Source: Okeania sp. (GTDB lineage Bacteria > Cyanobacteriota > Cyanobacteriia > Cyanobacteriales > Microcoleaceae). Taken from it: 32,000 bases of DNA. This document shows positions 28,872 to 32,000 of this stretch, piece after piece. The notes beneath the pieces were generated by a model. That model made no database searches and was not told the DNA's origin. It worked only from the letters and a program-made list of their open reading frames with translations. Location of the stretch: positions 1 through 32,000 of the forward strand of contig NZ_JAYKGW010000210.1 in NCBI RefSeq assembly GCF_035285525.1. Reading direction: 5' to 3'. Both the position numbers and the translations under genes were made by a program. Within the stretch, counting starts at the first letter, position 1. Every line of letters starts with the position of its first letter.

Positions 28872-29102
28872 TAACTATTGTACAATAAATGAATAAAATA
28901 TCAATTATGGAGATAAAAAGACTGAAATTTTGAGCTGTAAATTCTTGGAAATTCAATTATAGACATCTAAATAACTATTGTACAATAGATGAATGAAACA
29001 TCAATTATCGCCAAACAGAGCAATGTAGCTGCTGCCACCATCTTCCGCCAACGCTTTCTCAGCAAAGCAATAACTATTGTACAATAGATGAATAGAACAT
29101 CC
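28872..29102. repeat. Three about 39-bp direct repeats centred on the palindrome CTATTGTACAATAG, phased at 99-100 bp
   Basis: Copy 1 (28872-28910): taactattgtacaataaatgaataaaatatcaattatgg. Copy 2 (28972-29010): taactattgtacaatagatgaatgaaacatcaattatcg. Copy 3 (29071-29102): taactattgtacaatagatgaatagaacatcc. The intervening about 60 bp are unrelated to each other. Confidence 0.8.
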
Positions 29103-29122
29103 TTCGAGCGATCGCTCAAACC

Positions 29123-29157
29123 CAGAAACCCGGTTTCTTGAAGAAATCGGGTTTCTG
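29123..29157. repeat. Family E hairpin
   Basis: cagaaacccggtttct-tga-agaaatcgggtttctg. Confidence 0.6.
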
Positions 29158-29180
29158 TGCGACACTTCAAAAATATTGTA

Positions 29181-29455
29181 GGGGCGGGTTTAAGCAGAGA
29201 TTTTTCGGCCTAACCTCGGACTTATGTAAACCCGCCCTCATGTAAGGTGTTAGTTGTGTCAGTCTAGTCTTGGGGCGGGTTTATGTAACTTCTAGATGAA
29301 AACTTAACTTAACTGAGAAACCCGCCTATAATTGGGGGCGGGTTTATGTAATTTCTAGATGAAAACTCAACTTAACAGAGAAACCCGCCTATAATTGGGG
29401 GCGGGTTTATGTAACTTCTAGATGAAAACTCAACTTAACTAAGAAACCCGCCCCT
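29181..29455. repeat. Array of GC-clamped hairpins: one diverged unit plus three 63-bp tandem units
   Basis: Units start at 29272, 29334 and 29397: GGGGCGGGTTTatgtaacttctagatgaaaact(t/c)aacttaac(t/a)(g/a)agAAACCCGCC. The linker tataatt separates units 1/2 and 2/3. A related hairpin lies at 29181-29237 (ggggcgggtttaagcaga...cttatgtaaacccgccc). Confidence 0.9.
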
Positions 29456-29466
29456 ACCGTATATTA

Positions 29467-30411
29467 TTAGTTGTGTGGCAATCCAAATGCAATCAGCACA
29501 CTAACTCCTAAACCTGCAAACGCTTTTAAAGCATCACTAAAAATCATTTTACCAGTTTCTTTCATTTCACGGTGTTGGAAATTGTAAGTTATTGCTACTT
29601 CTCTACCAGCTAAAAGACCAAGAAATACCCAAGTTGTACTCATTGGTATTTTACTCCATTCTTTAAATAATAACAAAATTAACCCATAAATAAAATCTAA
29701 AATTGTTGCTGAACGAATATCCTGAGTGTTGGTTTTAATTGTTACTATTTCTTCAATTTTACCGCCTTTTTCGTAGAAAATAAATGCACAGAAAATTAAG
29801 ATTACCAAAATTGAAAAAAATAGCATTCCAGCATTAAGATTTCGTGGTAAATATACAAAGATATTTGCCATATCTTGAATTAACCACTGACTCCACAAAA
29901 ATCCTGTTGAGCTCCACTGTAAAACTACCCATTGAATAGGTGGTTCTTCATAAGGTGTATTGATAAATTTATCTTCTAAAGATTTTGTCAGAAGATTATA
30001 AACAAGTATAGCTGTTAAAAAAGCAATGCCATATCCAGATAATGATTTTATCAGCATATCTGTGATATTTTCAGGGGCAAAAGTTGTGAGGATTAGAAAA
30101 GTTGTACTAACAGGAATCCCTAAATTTGTTAAAAATATCAGTGCAATTGGAGGAACAATATAAATCCAATTAAAATGTTCAGGAAAAGGAAATTTTTCTA
30201 AGCGACCATAAGCTAAATCCCCAGAATTTGTACTCCAGCTATAGATAAAAACTACCAGTAAAATAGAGCAAGCAAATAACCATAATACCCACCAACGACG
30301 CTCTTGATTAGAACTTAAAAAAGTTCCTATAGTTTGAATCGCATCGTTCGCTATAACTGAATATGATGCTAGGATAAATCCGATCAACATAAATACATAT
30401 TGACTATTCAT
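29467..30411 (-). CDS. Divergent PiT/PHO4-superfamily-like membrane permease (putative phosphate or other anion transporter)
   Basis: Polytopic membrane protein with an internal two-fold pattern reminiscent of PiT. The first half has IANDAIQTIGTF ... GIPVSTTF and the second half has IQDMANIFVYL ... IPMSTTWVFLGLLAG (PiT consensus GANDVAN...PVSTTH). I prefer ATG 30411 (MNSQYVF...). The track start at 30447 lies inside the TIR of a MITE. Confidence 0.7.
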   Translation of the reverse strand: MNSQYVFMLIGFILASYSVIANDAIQTIGTFLSSNQERRWWVLWLFACSILLVVFIYSWSTNSGDLAYGRLEKFPFPEHFNWIYIVPPIALIFLTNLGIPVSTTFLILTTFAPENITDMLIKSLSGYGIAFLTAILVYNLLTKSLEDKFINTPYEEPPIQWVVLQWSSTGFLWSQWLIQDMANIFVYLPRNLNAGMLFFSILVILIFCAFIFYEKGGKIEEIVTIKTNTQDIRSATILDFIYGLILLLFKEWSKIPMSTTWVFLGLLAGREVAITYNFQHREMKETGKMIFSDALKAFAGLGVSVLIAFGLPHN

Positions 30412-30439
30412 ATATACACTCAAATATTGAAAGTAGAAG

Positions 30440-30638
30440 ATAAGCATTCAGCCATCAGCTAGCCTCTTTCAAAGGAGCTAACAGCTATCAGCTATTACTT
30501 TCAATTTTAGTTTGAGATAAAAGCTTTGCTAATTGAACCCGAATTAAATCTTAACTACAAAAGCTGTCTTTAAAGCCTATATTCGATTTAAAATCCCTCC
30601 TGTTACTGATATGTGACAGCTAATAGCTGAATGCTCAC
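30440..30638. mobile_element. MITE-like element, family A, in the 5' region of the permease gene
   Basis: ataagcattcagccatcagctagcc ... gtgacagctaatagctgaatgctcac. A further partial end lies at 30727-30770 (ctgctaatggctgaatgcgagcgcattccccaggaaatacttac). Confidence 0.6.
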
Positions 30639-31097
30639 ACTGAAAAAACTGCCTCTTGCTTACTGTTGAGACACTTCACTAATGCTTTAGCTTAGAAGAA
30701 ATTATTCATTATTTGCTGACTACTTACTGCTAATGGCTGAATGCGAGCGCATTCCCCAGGAAATACTTACACTTTTAGTTGCGCAATAAAAGCTTGATTT
30801 CGGCTTCTCCCCTGATTGGGCAGCAAATTTTATCTTGATAAAATACAACTGTGATAAAAAAGATACCTGTGATACATTAATAATCAAATAAACTCTTAAT
30901 AAGATTATCATACAATCTTTATTTTTAAGTTAACAATAGGTTAATTTTTTTGACAAATTATTGATTCAACTCTCAACATATAAATGATATAAAACTTTAA
31001 TAATAATATAAAGATTTAGTAAGATAAATAAAATATTTCATATTTAAGCTGCTATTATCATAATTATCTAAATACTTTAGAACTTAAACAAATCAAC

Positions 31098-31168
31098 TAA
31101 GAAACCGGGTTTATTGCCCTAATATTGTTGTTAAAAACACAAAATTTCGTTCATAAACCCGGTTTATC
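31098..31168. repeat. Family E-related long-loop inverted repeat upstream of pstS
   Basis: taagaaaccgggtttat and ataaacccggtttatc, separated by about 36 nt. Confidence 0.45.
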
Positions 31169-31226
31169 CATAAGTCCTGTACTTAATATTGTAAAGAATT
31201 AGATTTTTGGGGAGGCTAATTTTAAG

Positions 31227-32000
31227 ATGGCATCATTAGGAAATATTTGTCGAAATGTTCTAACTGTAACAGTTGCAGCAATAACTATTTCGGTTGGGAC
31301 TTTAGGTGAAGCGATCGCTCAAACTATTGAGGGTGCAGGAGCATCTTTTCCTGCTCCCTTGTATCAACGTTACTTTCAACAACTAAAAAAAGATACAGGA
31401 ATTACAGTAAATTATAATTCCGTCGGTAGTGGTAAAGGTATTGAAAGTTTTGTTAAAGATACAGTAGACTTTGCTGGTACAGATGCGCCACCAGTCGCAG
31501 CAGAAATAGAGCAAATGCCAAAGGGTTTAGTTATGGTTCCCACGGCAGGAGGTGCTGTAGCAGTAGTTTATAATCTTCCGGGAGTTAGGGAACTGAAACT
31601 ATCTCAGTCTGTACTACCAGATATTTTTGCCGGAAAAATCACTAAATGGAATGATCGCAGAATTGCTAAAGATAATCCAGGAGTTGATTTACCTGACTTA
31701 CCTATTCAAACTGTAGTCCGAGCTGATGGTAGTGGTACAACCTTTATTTTCTCCAAACATTTGAGTGCAGTAAGTCCCTTATTTAGTAGAGAAATAGGTG
31801 CATCCAAAAAACCTCAATGGCTAGGAAATCCCCTAAAAGGCAACAAAAATGATGGTGTCGCTGATTTAGTGAAGAAAACTGAAGGGGCGATCGGTTATGT
31901 TCAGGACACTTTTGCCCGCCAAAATAACCTGTCAACAGCAATGTTGGAAAATTTACGAGGTGAGTTTGTGAAACCTAGTCTGGAAGAGGCAAATAAAGCC
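31227..32000 (+). CDS. pstS: Phosphate ABC transporter substrate-binding protein PstS (C-terminus beyond the window)
   Basis: Absent from the track because it is edge-truncated. ATG 31227 is preceded by ggagg at 31211-31215. My translation is MASLGNICRNVLTVTVAAITISVGTLGEAIAQTIEGAGASFPAPLYQRYF...NYNSVGSGKGI...VVRADGSGTTFIF.... It has a signal peptide plus PstS hallmark motifs and stays open to position 32000. Confidence 0.9.
   Translation, partial: MASLGNICRNVLTVTVAAITISVGTLGEAIAQTIEGAGASFPAPLYQRYFQQLKKDTGITVNYNSVGSGKGIESFVKDTVDFAGTDAPPVAAEIEQMPKGLVMVPTAGGAVAVVYNLPGVRELKLSQSVLPDIFAGKITKWNDRRIAKDNPGVDLPDLPIQTVVRADGSGTTFIFSKHLSAVSPLFSREIGASKKPQWLGNPLKGNKNDGVADLVKKTEGAIGYVQDTFARQNNLSTAMLENLRGEFVKPSLEEANKA

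Noticed and set aside
28872-29102. Possible small CRISPR array (three about 39-bp direct repeats with unique spacers)
   Set aside because: There are only three copies, the repeat 3' halves are degenerate, and the spacers are about 60 bp, which is far longer than typical. There are no cas genes or leader. I report it as an unexplained phased palindrome repeat instead.
28967-29170. ORF 28967-29170(-), 67 aa
   Set aside because: It spans two palindrome repeats, hence the duplicated FIYCTIVI, and a family E hairpin. It has no RBS.
29272-29455. Possible CRISPR array (regular 63-bp periodicity)
   Set aside because: The sequences between the GC-rich arms are nearly identical in every unit, so this is a plain tandem repeat of one hairpin, not repeats separating unique spacers.
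30412-30447. ATG 30447 as the start of the permease gene
   Set aside because: That ATG is part of the family A MITE terminus (gaATGCTTAtc), so the extension is an insertion artefact. ATG 30411 begins the first TM segment.
30720-30911. ORF 30720-30911(-), 63 aa
   Set aside because: Its 3' part overlaps a family A MITE fragment. It has a low-complexity composition and no RBS.
30912-31226. Pho boxes (PyTTAAPyPy(T/A) direct repeats at 11-bp phasing) upstream of pstS
   Set aside because: The region is so AT-rich that TTAA-containing octamers (e.g. agttaaca, ggttaatt around 30925-30950) occur by chance. I could not find three convincingly phased matches.
1-32000. tRNA, rRNA, tmRNA and RNase P genes
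   Set aside because: I scanned both strands for T-loop-type GGTTCGAATCC/GGTTCAAATC contexts and rRNA-like conserved blocks. I found none outside coding sequence. A covariance-model scan would be needed to exclude small ncRNAs.

Overview
AT-rich cyanobacterial chromosome segment. The assignment rests on about a dozen HIP1 GCGATCGC palindromes, STRR-like heptamer repeats, and phycobiliprotein, bilin-reductase and ZipN genes. I can support 20 protein-coding loci. Two run off the window edges and are absent from the ORF track: a DUF4912/Rho_N protein at 1-1248(-) and pstS at 31227-32000(+). One, a cytochrome P450, is broken by a single frameshift. From 5.2 to 28.6 kb every gene is on the + strand: pdhA, an HtrA/Deg protease, def, three tandem TerD paralogues, pebA, pebB, cpcB, cpcA, cpcE, cpcF, cpcT, a GH13+CBM20 amylase, the P450 pseudogene and clpC. 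On the minus strand are zipN (ftn2) and a divergent PiT-like permease. Only about 63% of the window is coding, which is low for a bacterium. The intergenic space is packed with at least five families of small TIR-bearing (MITE-like) and hairpin repeats, some nested in each other and some with 8-bp target-site duplications, plus an IS630-type transposase remnant. I found no rRNA, no tRNA and no credible CRISPR/cas. The most interesting items are: (i) a linker-less phycocyanin-type cassette directly coupled to phycoerythrobilin synthesis genes (pebAB-cpcBA-cpcEF-cpcT), possibly an R-phycocyanin-like pigment; (ii) a 63-bp tandem array of GC-clamped hairpins whose junctions are perfect TATAAT boxes, next to three phased repeats built on a 14-bp perfect palindrome; (iii) three TerD genes with no other ter genes; (iv) the extent and placement of the MITE load. 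Product calls come from my own recognition of motifs in the translations. No database search was possible.
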